Assembly (NCBI GenBank): GCA_963796965.1
Contig: CAWCNS010000007.1
Span: 800,001-864,000, forward strand
Direction of reading: 5' to 3'
DNA from: Calditrichia bacterium
GTDB lineage: Bacteria > Calditrichota > Calditrichia > JAJRVZ01
DNA: 64,000 nucleotides
Of this stretch, positions 44,252 to 54,700 are shown one piece after another; position 1 is the stretch's first letter, and every line of letters starts with the position of its first letter. The notes under the pieces were generated by a model. The model was not told where the DNA came from. It saw only the letters and a program-made list of their open reading frames with translations, and did no database searches. The translations under genes and the position numbers were made by a program.

Positions 44252-45221
44252 CTAAAACGCAGATGCTTTTAGCATAAGGCCACATGTCTCATCAAAGCCA
44301 AACATTAAATTCATATTTTGCACAGCCTGCCCAGAAGCACCTTTTAATAAATTATCTATTACTGACACAATCAGTATTTCATCTTCATGCTTTTCAATAT
44401 ACAAAAGAGCCTTTATTAGAATTAACAACCTGTTTGACATCAGGATTGTTATTGCTAATATTAACAAACGGATGCTCCAAATAATAGTTGCGGTACAACT
44501 CTTCGGCCTGTTCAACTGAAAGATCGGACCGGGTATAGACCGCTGCAAGGATCCCTCGTGTAAAACTTCCCCGGAATGGTAACATTTTTATTTCGGGTTC
44601 ATCACCGTATTGTAATTGTTTGATCACCATACGAATTTCATTCAAATGTTGATGATCAAAGGCTTTGTAGAGTGAAATATTTCCATGACGCCAACTGAAA
44701 TGTGATGTAGTACTTAAATTCTGCCCGGCTCCCGTTGAACCTGTAATAGCCGTTATATGTAATGGACTAACTAATAATTTATTTGTACTCAATGGCAGAT
44801 GAGCTAATTGAATAGCTGTAGCAAAACAACCGGGATTAGCGATGTTTTCTGCATTCATAATCTGCAGACGGTTCATTTCCGGTAAGCCATAAATAAACTG
44901 CCGTTCCCCGGGACTGGAAATGCGAAAATCCTGACTGAGATCAATAATTTTTATTGAATTGGGAATCCGGCTTTTTGTGATGAATGTTTCAGCCTCACCA
45001 TGAGCGACACATAAGAACATGACATCTATATCGAGAGAAAAATCAGAACTGAATTTTAAATCAGTATCTCCAAGCAAATCATGATGAATATCCGACAGAG
45101 ACTTACCGGCCTGGCTACGGCTTTGGACAAATTCCAGTTCAGTATGGGGGTGATAGAGTAACAATCGGATTAATTCCCCACCCGTGTAACCGGCTCCTCC
45201 AATTATTCCAACCTTTATCAT
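44252..45221 (-). CDS. argC: N-acetyl-gamma-glutamyl-phosphate reductase, frameshift near 44411
   Basis: GGAGYTG, NPGCFAT and THFSWR-like motif; [11 protein letters not shown] lies in the adjacent frame. Confidence 0.93.
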
Positions 45222-46417
45222 GATTTATCTTTCTTATTTACAGCCCGATATATGCGTGTCTGATTTGATAATATTTTAGCAAAACCACGAACATCATCAC
45301 CAGTCCAGGCAAGATTTTTTTCACCATATGCTCCAAAATCAGGAGACATGAGATCATGTGGACTATCTATGCCCGTAATTTCAAAATGATAAGGTGCCAG
45401 TTTTAGAAAGGCCTTACCGGAAACTGTTTTTTGTGTATTTTCCAGAAACACCTCGATGTCCCGCATTACCGGATCAAGGAATTGACCCTCATGAAGAAGC
45501 ATGCCATACCAGTTGGCTAATTGATCTTTCCAATGTATTTGCCATTTTGTCAATGTATGTTTTTCTAAAGCCTGATGGGCTTTAATAATAATTATCGGTG
45601 CAGCTGCTTCAAATCCCACCCTTCCTTTAATTCCGATTATCGTATCACCAACATGTATGTCCCGCCCAATGCCAAAGGGTGCCGCCAAATCATTTAGAGT
45701 GTTGATCGCTTTCACCGAGCTTTCGAATTTCTTGGTGTCAAGCCCTCGTAACTGCCCTTCTTCAAAAAAAAGTTCTATGCTTGTTTCTTCTGATTGGGTA
45801 ACTTTCGTTGGATATGCAGATTGTGGCAGAGGTTTATCAGAAGATAATGTTTCTTTTCCGCCAACGGAAGTACCCCATAAACCCTGGTTTATTGAATATT
45901 GGGCCTCTTGCCAATCAAGATCGACCCCATGTACTTTTAAGTACTTTATCTCCTCATCTCGGGACAAGCCCTGATCACGTATTGGGGTTAATATCTCAAC
46001 ATCTGGATTCATGACATGAAACATCAGATCAAAACGCACTTGGTCATTTCCCGCACCCGTGCTTCCATGGGCAATATAATCAGCATTAACTTTATTAGCA
46101 TAGTCAGCGATCGCCAATGCCTGGAATACGCGTTCAGCACTAACCGAAAGCGGATAAGTACCGTTTTTTAATACATTTCCATATACCAGATAACGGATAC
46201 AATCCTGATAATATTTTTCGGTCGTTTCAATATTTTCATGATGGACAACACCCAGATTCACTGCCTTAGTCTTAATTTCACTTAACTCCCTTGTGGTAAA
46301 CCCACCCGTGTTTACAAGTACTGAATAGACATCAAGATCTTTTTCTTTCGATAAATATTTTACACAATAGGATGTATCAAGACCGCCACTAAAGGCTAAC
46401 ACTACTTTTTTCTTCAT
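45218..46417 (-). CDS. argG: Argininosuccinate synthase
   Basis: AFSGGLDTS and HGSTGAGNDQVRF. Confidence 0.97.
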   Translation of the reverse strand: MKKKVVLAFSGGLDTSYCVKYLSKEKDLDVYSVLVNTGGFTTRELSEIKTKAVNLGVVHHENIETTEKYYQDCIRYLVYGNVLKNGTYPLSVSAERVFQALAIADYANKVNADYIAHGSTGAGNDQVRFDLMFHVMNPDVEILTPIRDQGLSRDEEIKYLKVHGVDLDWQEAQYSINQGLWGTSVGGKETLSSDKPLPQSAYPTKVTQSEETSIELFFEEGQLRGLDTKKFESSVKAINTLNDLAAPFGIGRDIHVGDTIIGIKGRVGFEAAAPIIIIKAHQALEKHTLTKWQIHWKDQLANWYGMLLHEGQFLDPVMRDIEVFLENTQKTVSGKAFLKLAPYHFEITGIDSPHDLMSPDFGAYGEKNLAWTGDDVRGFAKILSNQTRIYRAVNKKDKS

Positions 46418-46994
46418 ACTTTTTTTCTTCTTTCACCTTTTTCTTTTTTTCATCAGGATCATAGAGCATAGCCGTACACAGACAATATTTTTTACTTGTA
46501 CGCTCAAGAATATCATAATTCCGACAACCTTTGCATCCGGCCCAGAACTCCTCATCATCAGTCAATTGTGAAAACGTCACCGGACGGTAGCCCAGGCTAT
46601 AGTTAATCTTCATAACCGCCGGGCTTGTCGTTATACCGAACAATTTAGCGTGTGGCCATTTTTTGTGAGAAAGTCTAAATATTTCTTCTTTTATAAGCTT
46701 TCCGACACCCAATCCCCTAAACTCTGGAGCGACAATCAGACCTGAATTAGCAACAAAATTTTTATCCTCACCCCAGGATTCAATATAACAAAATCCCACA
46801 AACTTATCACCACCACTTATACCTATTACAGCCTTGCCCTCGCTTATCTTTTTAATGATATAGGCAGGTTCTCGCTTGGCAATACCCGTCGCTCTTTCCT
46901 TTGAAGATTCTTCAATAACACGACAAATCTCCTCGGCGTACTTTAAATGGATCGCTGTCGCTTCGACAATCTCTATTTTATGATTTGTTCCCAT
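46389..46994 (-). CDS. GNAT N-acyltransferase, Bacteroidota-type N-acyl-glutamate synthase (ArgA-like)
   Basis: Start reassigned to ATG 46994 (MGTNHKIEIV); RATGIAKR, VANSGLIV, FGITTSPAVMKIN and FWAGCKGC...CLC; first gene of the arg operon. Confidence 0.82.
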   Translation of the reverse strand: MGTNHKIEIVEATAIHLKYAEEICRVIEESSKERATGIAKREPAYIIKKISEGKAVIGISGGDKFVGFCYIESWGEDKNFVANSGLIVAPEFRGLGVGKLIKEEIFRLSHKKWPHAKLFGITTSPAVMKINYSLGYRPVTFSQLTDDEEFWAGCKGCRNYDILERTSKKYCLCTAMLYDPDEKKKKVKEEKKYEEKSSVSL

Positions 46995-47094
46995 ATATAT
47001 CTCCGATAAATTTAATAATATTTCCCTGTCCAGATATTCTGAACAATAATAAATTAATATGTATATTGGATTTTTTACAACAGATGGATACGAC

Positions 47095-47208
47095 CTAAGG
47101 TCGTCGTAAAGAGAACCCAGACACATGAATAAACATACGCCTGAGCGGTGAAAATGGAAGTATGATATGTAGGTTATCTATCGTCAACTCTAACAAGCCT
47201 TTCAACAT
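47095..47208 (-). CDS. Putative arg-operon leader peptide (37 aa)
   Basis: Manual translation MLKGLLELTIDNLHIILPFSPLRRMFIHVSGFSLRRP*. Arg pairs use AGG-CGT and CGA-CGA; the stop lies about 100 nt before the GNAT ATG. Confidence 0.6.
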   Translation of the reverse strand: MLKGLLELTIDNLHIILPFSPLRRMFIHVSGFSLRRP

Positions 47209-47348
47209 ATAAATTTGCACCACCGAATATACTAATAATCAATCCAAAAGTAAATATTATTTCATTATTTTGTATATTTATTCAATTCTACGGATATCCA
47301 ATCAAAAAGTTCCGCTATACCACTCCATCAGGTCAAATAGTAATTCTT

Positions 47349-47547
47349 CTACATTTTTGTAGTTTATATTTTCAATACTACAATTATGAAGTATGCATCA
47401 CGGCGATGTCCCCTTCTCTCCAATATCACAAAATAATTTAATCTCCGCATAGGGGGTAATCAAAATACCGCACAAAAATTTATACCAAGAAATCTCCCAT
47501 TTACTACAAATTTGTGAATATAAATATGGTTATCTACAATTATGTAT
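47349..47547. promoter_or_regulatory. Four CTACA-N4-TGTAG-like palindromes in two pairs (candidate enhancer-binding-protein sites)
   Basis: 47349 CTACATTTTTGTAG, 47378 CTACAATTATGAAG, 47504 CTACAAATTTGTGA and 47534 CTACAATTATGTAT; spacing within pairs is 29 and 30 bp. Confidence 0.65.
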
Positions 47548-47626
47548 AATTTCAAAATGGATATCTCATTTCAATAAACTTCTTATCTTACTATTAATAT
47601 TTAGTTTATGTCGCCTTGTATGTTTT

Positions 47627-47642
47627 TGGCACATCCCTTGCA
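47627..47642 (+). promoter_or_regulatory. Sigma54 (-24/-12) promoter of glnK-amtB
   Basis: TGGCAC-ATCCC-TTGCA matches TGGCAC-N5-TTGCW and ends 66 nt upstream of the P-II ATG. Confidence 0.85.
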
Positions 47643-47708
47643 AATCAATTCAAAATTATATCAAACGAATAGTTAAATATTATTATCCAATAATTTAAGG
47701 AGCTGCGA

Positions 47709-48050
47709 ATGAAATTAATTATCGCTTATATTCAACCTGAAAAACTCAATTCCGTCAAACAGGCACTCTATGCCCAGGATGTATATAAACTTTCTATCAC
47801 AAATGCTCTGGGTTGTGGCGAACAAAAGGGGTATCACGAAAACTATCGGGGTGCTGATATTGAAGTTAATCTGCTTAAAAAAGTACGCCTTGAAATTGCC
47901 GTAAATGCCAAATTTGTCAAACCCACAGTTGAAGCTATAATTGAAGGTGCCAAAACTGGCACTATTGGCGATGGTAAAATCTTTGTCCAAAATCTTGAGG
48001 AATGCTATCGTATCCGCACCGGCGAAACCGGCACCGATGCCATTGGTTAG
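47709..48050 (+). CDS. glnK: Nitrogen regulatory protein P-II
   Basis: G.GEQKG, YRG T-loop, [11 protein letters not shown] and RIRTGE; upstream of amtB. Confidence 0.95.
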   Translation: MKLIIAYIQPEKLNSVKQALYAQDVYKLSITNALGCGEQKGYHENYRGADIEVNLLKKVRLEIAVNAKFVKPTVEAIIEGAKTGTIGDGKIFVQNLEECYRIRTGETGTDAIG

Positions 48051-48175
48051 TAAGTCGAGGAAATTTAATACACGATACAAAATATTTGAAAGAATTCGTG
48101 TAATGAGAAAATCAGTCTGTGGCGTTACGTTTAATAGAAGTGATAAAACTTTATAAATTATCAATACATCTGCAA

Positions 48176-48246
48176 TGTCATGCTTAAAGCATCATCCTGA
48201 TTATCAAAATCGCATCTTCGTCAAGGAAGATCCCTACAGGATGACA
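48176..48246. repeat. Degenerate family A REP-like element between glnK and amtB
   Basis: TGTCATGC ... AGGAAGATCCCTACAGGATGACA. Confidence 0.55.
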
Positions 48247-48331
48247 AAAATGGAAAAAAACTTTTCGACTTCGCGGCTTTGCGAAAATAAATAATCAAAT
48301 AATTATTAAACGATATATTGAGAGGAATGCA

Positions 48332-49658
48332 ATGAAAATAAAATATTCAGGAATGATAAAGTTATTTGTTTTAGTATTTGTATTAGGAATGAGTAGTATG
48401 GCTTTTGCAGATCCGGATCCGGAGGTCTCTGCTGCTGATGCCCTTTTCACCATTAATAACGTCTGGATGATGGTATCCATATTTCTTGTATTTATTATGC
48501 ATCTAGGATTTGCGACCCTTGAGACCGGATTAACCCGTGCTAAAAACACAGTCAACATACTCTTTAAAAATACCTCTATCGTTTCAATCGGCCTCTTAAC
48601 TTATGCACTTATTGGATTCAATTTAATGTATCCTGGAGATTCCTGGTTAATATCGAGTATCTTTGGTTTTGGCGGCATTGGAATTGGTACAGATGCCTCT
48701 GGTATTACTTCTGCTTATAATCCCGGCTATACCTATTGGACAGACTTTCTTTTCCAGGGTATGTTTGCTGCCACCGCCGCAACAATCGTATCCGGTGCTG
48801 TAGCTGAACGAATTAAAGTCCAGAGTTTTCTAGTATTTTCGATGATCTATATCGCGATTTTCTATCCAATCATAGGTTCATGGGGATGGGGAGGCGGATG
48901 GTTATCTGACCTTAATTTTCATGACTTCGCCGGTTCGACTTTTGTTCATTCAGTCGGTGGTTGGGCCGCTCTGGCCGGTGTTCTTGTCCTTGGTCCACGC
49001 TATGGTAAATATGTTAATGGGAGCATCAAACCAATTATGGGGCACAATATGCCTTTGGCCGCCATTGGTGTATTTCTTCTCTGGTTGGGTTGGTTTGGAT
49101 TTAACGGTGGTTCGGTTCTCTCTGCCGATCCGGGTGCCGTATCCTATGTCCTGGTAACCACCTGTTTGGCAGCCTCAGCCGGAATTTTAGGGGCGATGAT
49201 AGTTTCATGGAAGGCACAAAGTAAACCAGATCTTTCCATGGTGCTTAATGGTTGTCTGGCTGGCCTGGTAGGTATTACCGCAGGGGCAGATGTTGTTTCT
49301 ATCGGAGCAGCGATCATTATAGGTTTTGTGGCAGGAGCCATTGTCGTTTTAGCTGTAGAAGGGATCGACCGTTTGCGTATCGATGATCCGGTTGGGGCCA
49401 TCTCGGTTCACCTCATTTGCGGTATTTGGGGAACCCTGGCTGTAGGCATTTTCGCAGATGAATTTAGTATTCTGGTACCAGCTAATCGGCATTGTCGCTG
49501 CTGGTGCTTTATCTTTTGCAGCTGCTTTTGGTATCTTTTATATACTTAAAGTGAGTATGGGAATCCGCGTGGAACTCGACGAGGAAATCCGCGGATTAGA
49601 TATTGGCGAGCATGGTATGGAAGCGTATAATAGTTTTCAGATATTTAGTTCGCAATAA
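48332..49658 (+). CDS. amtB: Ammonium transporter, frameshift near 49470
   Basis: FLFQGMFAA, GAVAER, DFAGSTFVH, GWFGFNGGS and DDPVGAISVH; the tail EIRGLDIGEHG is in the adjacent frame. Confidence 0.95.
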
Positions 49659-49690
49659 TAATTCTATTAACGTGATCTATTAACAAAATT

Positions 49691-49812
49691 CTCTCGCAAA
49701 GGCGCTAAGTCGCAGAGAAATATATATTTATAAATGATATAAAATAAAGACAAGTAGAGTTTAAATAAATCATTTAAAAATAAATCTTTGCGTCTCAGCG
49801 TCTTTGCGAGAG
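49691..49812. repeat. Inverted-repeat element, family B
   Basis: CTCTCGCAAAGGCGCTAAGTCGCAGAGA ... TCTTTGCGTCTCAGCGTCTTTGCGAGAG. Confidence 0.8.
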
Positions 49813-49854
49813 ACATTCGTGAAAATTCGTGGACATATATATTTCACCTTTGGT

Positions 49855-50956
49855 CTAAATCCTGTTTGAAAACGTTCTCAACGCTGAAAAATCTTTATCA
49901 TTTAATCCCTTATAATGAAAGATACAAATCCCGTCTGCACCCATTGAAAGGGCATCATCTGCCTGTTTAATCATTTCAGCTGTTTCTGTTTCTCCGCCAC
50001 TCCATTTTCGGCCTAGCCCGGAGTAAATGGCTGTTTGCCCCTCCATCAGGTTTAATTGCATTTCCAATAATTCTTTATGTTTTTTGCGATCGGTGGTATA
50101 ATTCATCGGACATATAAAATCAAACAGACCGTCATGTCCCCAATTGATCCAATCCTGTCCTTCCACAATGGCGCTTCCGAAATAATCTGCCCGGGCAGCC
50201 ATGGACATTTTTATATTATTCTGATCAGCTTAACTTTCTTAATTCAAGCACCTCATCTGTTATATTTTTATTTCTTACTTTCAGGTATTGATAAAGCATT
50301 CCCGGATTTTGCAAGTCTTCTGAAGTTATATCTCTTTTCCCGAGAAAACGTTCATAATTCTGTTTACATGCCTCACATCGGCAGGGCCAATTGATTCCCA
50401 TGCCGGTGTCGATATACCGAATATAATCCAGATGAAAGGCTGGTATCTGGTGATTGTTGATAACATCTGAGGCAATTCGTAAAGCGCCAATCCTGGTAGC
50501 ATGCCACGAGGCACAGAACCTGCCATTTCTTGAACTTCCACCTGGTTTTCCACTTTCATAAGATCGTATTTCCCTGTTCTTCTTTGACAAACCGATATCT
50601 TTGATTCCGCCGATAATTGGGTGTATTTCGACCCCTGCTTTCGTTGCAATTTCTATTAATCCAGTTAATTTATCTTCTGCAATAAAACCATTTATGGATG
50701 CATTATACCAGGCTTGATTATCTTCAGGATGGGAATGTACAAAGAGGATAATCACACCGATACCGGATTCCCGCACTTTTGTGAGTTCAGCAAGCACCTG
50801 ATCATTCTCACCAAGAAAATCCGTATTGGCATGTGCCCATACCATTATTTTTGTTTTGCTGTTTTTTGATGTTGAAGATTGCAATGGATTCGTACCTGAT
50901 AGTGAAATAGCAGTGGATGTCACAGCCGCTGTTCTTAGAAAATCTCTCCGTTTCAT
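49855..50956 (-). CDS. Tat-exported glycoside-hydrolase-like TIM barrel (GHL10/DUF187-like), frameshift near 50230
   Basis: MKRRDFL Tat signal at 50956; HLDYIRY, CRCEAC, GQDWINW and DFICPMNY motifs. Confidence 0.72.
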
Positions 50957-50984
50957 CGTTAATCCTTCCAAAAGTATTATATCT

Positions 50985-51085
50985 TTTACCACAAAGTTCA
51001 CCAAGAAGGCACTAAGATCACAAAGTTTTTATTAAAAAAAATTTTTTGTGTACTTTGCGTCTTCTTGGAGTACTTAGTGTTTAAA
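50985..51085. repeat. Inverted-repeat element, family C
   Basis: TTTACCACAAAGTTCACCAAGAAGGCACTAAGATCACAAAG ... TTTGTGTACTTTGCGTCTTCTTGGAGTACTTAGTGTTTAAA. Confidence 0.75.
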
Positions 51086-51096
51086 AATCAGCTATA

Positions 51097-54000
51097 CTAT
51101 TCTGAGATGAGTACCAGATTAACCAATGCTTTTAAATAGTTGGTGTTGTGCGGTAGCCAGCATTCATTCGATGCATAGTAGGGAATATCCACACCACTCA
51201 AATCAAACCTGGGCCGATCATCAGCTATAGCGTTCCAGAAGATTCCATTGACTACACTGCCTGGTACAGCACCTCGGGGGACGCCGGCAATAATATAACG
51301 ATGATGATAGGTCGGTGGGTTTTTACTCCCCATGCCCTCCATCATACACAAATCAAAGGGATTATTCCCCATGATCCAGTTAAACTGATCATAAATAAAT
51401 TTCTTGAAACGCGGATCCGGTTCATATTGGTAAGCGAGGGCGACTTTGGCAGCAGACTCTAATAAATAACTGTTTGATCCCAACTCAAATTTGTACTCTT
51501 TTGAAGGCGTTCCGAAGAAATTGGGTTTTTCGACAGGACCATAGGTGCATACACCAAAAGGATTTTGGTTAAGAGTGAGCAATCGTTCCGCCTCTGCCAA
51601 AACAATTGCTTTAATTTGAGCAGAATGATCCTGACCGAAAACCCGATCAAACTCACGGGCAACGACGACATTCTTCAACCCCACTTCTGTGAATAATTCT
51701 TTAGCAATTTCAGCAAAAGAGTCATCTCCAGTTGCAGCATATAAATCGATGGCAGCACTTAATTGCAGATTTCCACGAATATTGTGTTCAAGAGCCCAAT
51801 CGAGTCCCCGTTTGGCAGACTCAACATATTTTACAGCAACCGGTGCATAACGAGCGACTTTAGCACAGGCCGCTGTTTGAATGGTAGGATCATTTCCTGA
51901 AATTGTTTTTAATAGTACCCGCTCATCACCGGTTGATGGAATATTGTCGGTTTCTTGTTCCGGCGCGCCAAAAAAGCCCCACCCTGATGACAATCCACCT
52001 CCCACCGAGCCGTCCTTGTAGATCATCCGACGAGAAAAATCAGACTCCCCATAATATCTCATCAAGAAAATCTGCAGTACCATTCAGGTCTGAATCAATC
52101 CCTTTGAATTTATCCTCGGCAAGACCATAAGCCGTAGCCAACCCCAGAACATAGGGCGCATTGTGATACTTATTGTAGTCCCCGGCATCGTGCCAGCCAC
52201 CTGAAAGATCTAACTGCACAGTATGCTCTTCATTTGCAGCATCGTCCAGGTGACATGCCTTATGGAACCCGGGAATTTCTATACCACAGCGCTGGTAATA
52301 GAAGAACTTGTAAGCCGACTGAGCTGTTTTCTCCCAAAGGAGGTTATCTGCAACGTCAAAGGGCCATGAAATATCATTTTTATCATCCAGGGTTACCCGA
52401 ATTTGATATTTACCGGGCTGCTTAAAACCAGAGAAATCCCCCCGCCAGTAATAAAGACCCCAATCATGCCCAAAGGCTCCTTTAATGCGATCTTTGTAAT
52501 CCAATTTTGCAGAATACACCGAATTTCCACTTTGATCAAGTAACTCGAACTTTCCTGTCTTAGCTGAATAATTACATTGCACTGTAAACAGTTTTGGTGC
52601 ATTCAAATCATAACCTAACTGGTTCACAAGTACCCTCAGCAGGGGACGATTTTTATAATTTCCTGTAATCTCCGCACTATCCCACCAGGCAGGATTATTT
52701 TTTGTTTCACATACGAGTTTCAACCACTTGCTACCACGTGGCGGGGTTAGATTTTCTGCAGAATATTTTACCCAACCATTCTTTAATTCAGAAGAGTACG
52801 TTAAAGAGGCGTTACCGAGAATGCCTTTTAAACCCAACCAAACAAGTTTGACATTATTTGCACCTTTTCCTTTACCAAATATTGTGGCATCGATTGTCTT
52901 CAATTCAGGTGAGACTTCAATCGGTGATGTTGCTAATTGAAATATCCCGCTTTCCGGAACTACTTTTGCCGAATATCTACCAGTTAGAGCGATTGTTGAG
53001 TCCCTATCCCACTCACCATTTGAGTTCGCCTCAGGGATCCAACCACGGGGTCGGTGTGTGCGTTTTTCAAAGATATCTGATCCTGCAGGGTAGTCTCTGG
53101 CATTTCGTACTTCCTTGAATTGCTCAAAATCACCATAATTAAAAAGCGTACGTTTTTCCGTGATTACATCATATTGAGAGGTTGTACCTGATTGAAAACT
53201 GGAGCCACTCTGAGCAGGATCGAACCTGCGCGAGGGCCACAGGATCATATCAGGATTGTAACGGGCATCTATCGTCAGACACCGCAACTTCCGATCGCTG
53301 CCACAAATCAAAATATCAGTTTTAAGATCATTGTCTATATCTGTTATTGTAGGTGAATAGAGCAGCCTTAGATCTGCCTGATAACGCCATTCAAGAAATC
53401 CACCCGGGTTCAGACAATATAGCGAATGATCACCTGAGGCTATCAAGACCTCTATATCCCCATCGGCATCCACATCTCCTAATGAAGCAGTAGCATGTAC
53501 CCGTTTATGTGTCGGGAAATACCAGTAAAGTTCACCCACAGCATTAAGACAATACACATAGCCTAAATCATCACCTAAAACAATTTCAGATAATCCATCC
53601 TCATCCAAATCACCCACCGCGATTGAAGAACCGGAATATATTTTCTGAGCACCAAAAGTTGAAAATTTCCAATTCACGGTTCCGGAGCCGGCGTTAATAG
53701 AATAAAACACACGATCTGCAAAGGCAGCGCAATACAATTCCGCCTGGCCATCCCGATTGGCATCAGCTAAGGTCAGGGCGCTTTCAAAATCATCTCCGGT
53801 TTGCAACTCCCAACGAATCGAACCGTTTGAATTAAGGCAGAATGGTCCGGTGCTGTTTACAGCAAAGATCTCAGATTTACCGTCACCATCGATGTCAGCA
53901 GCGGCTAACGGACCCTTTATAGATACAGAACGTGATTCTGACAATTTAGAATACTGCCACAGGATTTCCCCGGAGGCGTTAAGCGCAGAGATTCCCGCTA

Positions 54001-54458
54001 TCTTCCGTACCCGCTACTATTTCATCCAAGCCATCGCCGTCTAAATCAGTCCAAAGGGCGGTCCCCCAGGTAATCGAACCAACAGATTTTTTCCAAATTT
54101 GGGTTCCATTAGACGCATTTACGCAGGTTAATGTACCATCTCCATTTCCAACAACCAATACAGGATAAGGTTGTCCGGATTTAAAACTGAGTGCAGCGGT
54201 AGTCGGCAGCCTTTTTTTCCAATTTCCGGAAAATTCCCAAATTTGCTTACCCTCAGCGTCAATGCATCGGAGTTTACGGACTTCACTGTCACTGATAATT
54301 GTTTCTTTTCCAGGATTTGAACAGACATCAGCAACCAACGGAGGTGCATACAATTGAGATTCCGCCTGAAAAATCCACTTTTCTTTTGGTTGAGATACAC
54401 CGGAGATTAAATGCGATATCAATCCGAGAGCCAGGGTGAGAGTCACTAGTAATTTCAA
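51097..54458 (-). CDS. Secreted multidomain glycoside hydrolase: FG-GAP/PQQ propeller + CBM-like + Ig (CelD_N-like) + GH9, split by frameshifts near 53990 and 52050
   Basis: RBS AAGGAGG, signal peptide, DxDGDG blades, VNQLGY, FFYYQRCG, DLSGGWHDAGDYNKY, G.NP...HHR and the NE motif. Confidence 0.85.
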
Positions 54459-54700
54459 AAGGCCTCCTTATTCTGAATGATTTTAGATGGGGAGTTACAA
54501 TTTAATACATTTAATAGAAAAGGAAAAAGGAATTAATATTGAGGCCGATTTTTACAACTTCGCGACCTCAATATATGGGAGGAAGTAGAAGAAGAGACTA
54601 AATTTTTATCAATTGCTGATAATAGTATTAGAGCAGAATGGTACAATCCTCGCTGATTATAATTATATAGCGTTCGAAGCAGACTGTATTCCTGTTAATA

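Noticed and set aside
46995..47126. N-terminal extension of the GNAT given in the ORF track
   Set aside because: It crosses AT-rich spacer and overlaps the leader ORF in another frame; ATG 46994 has a plausible RBS (GGAG).
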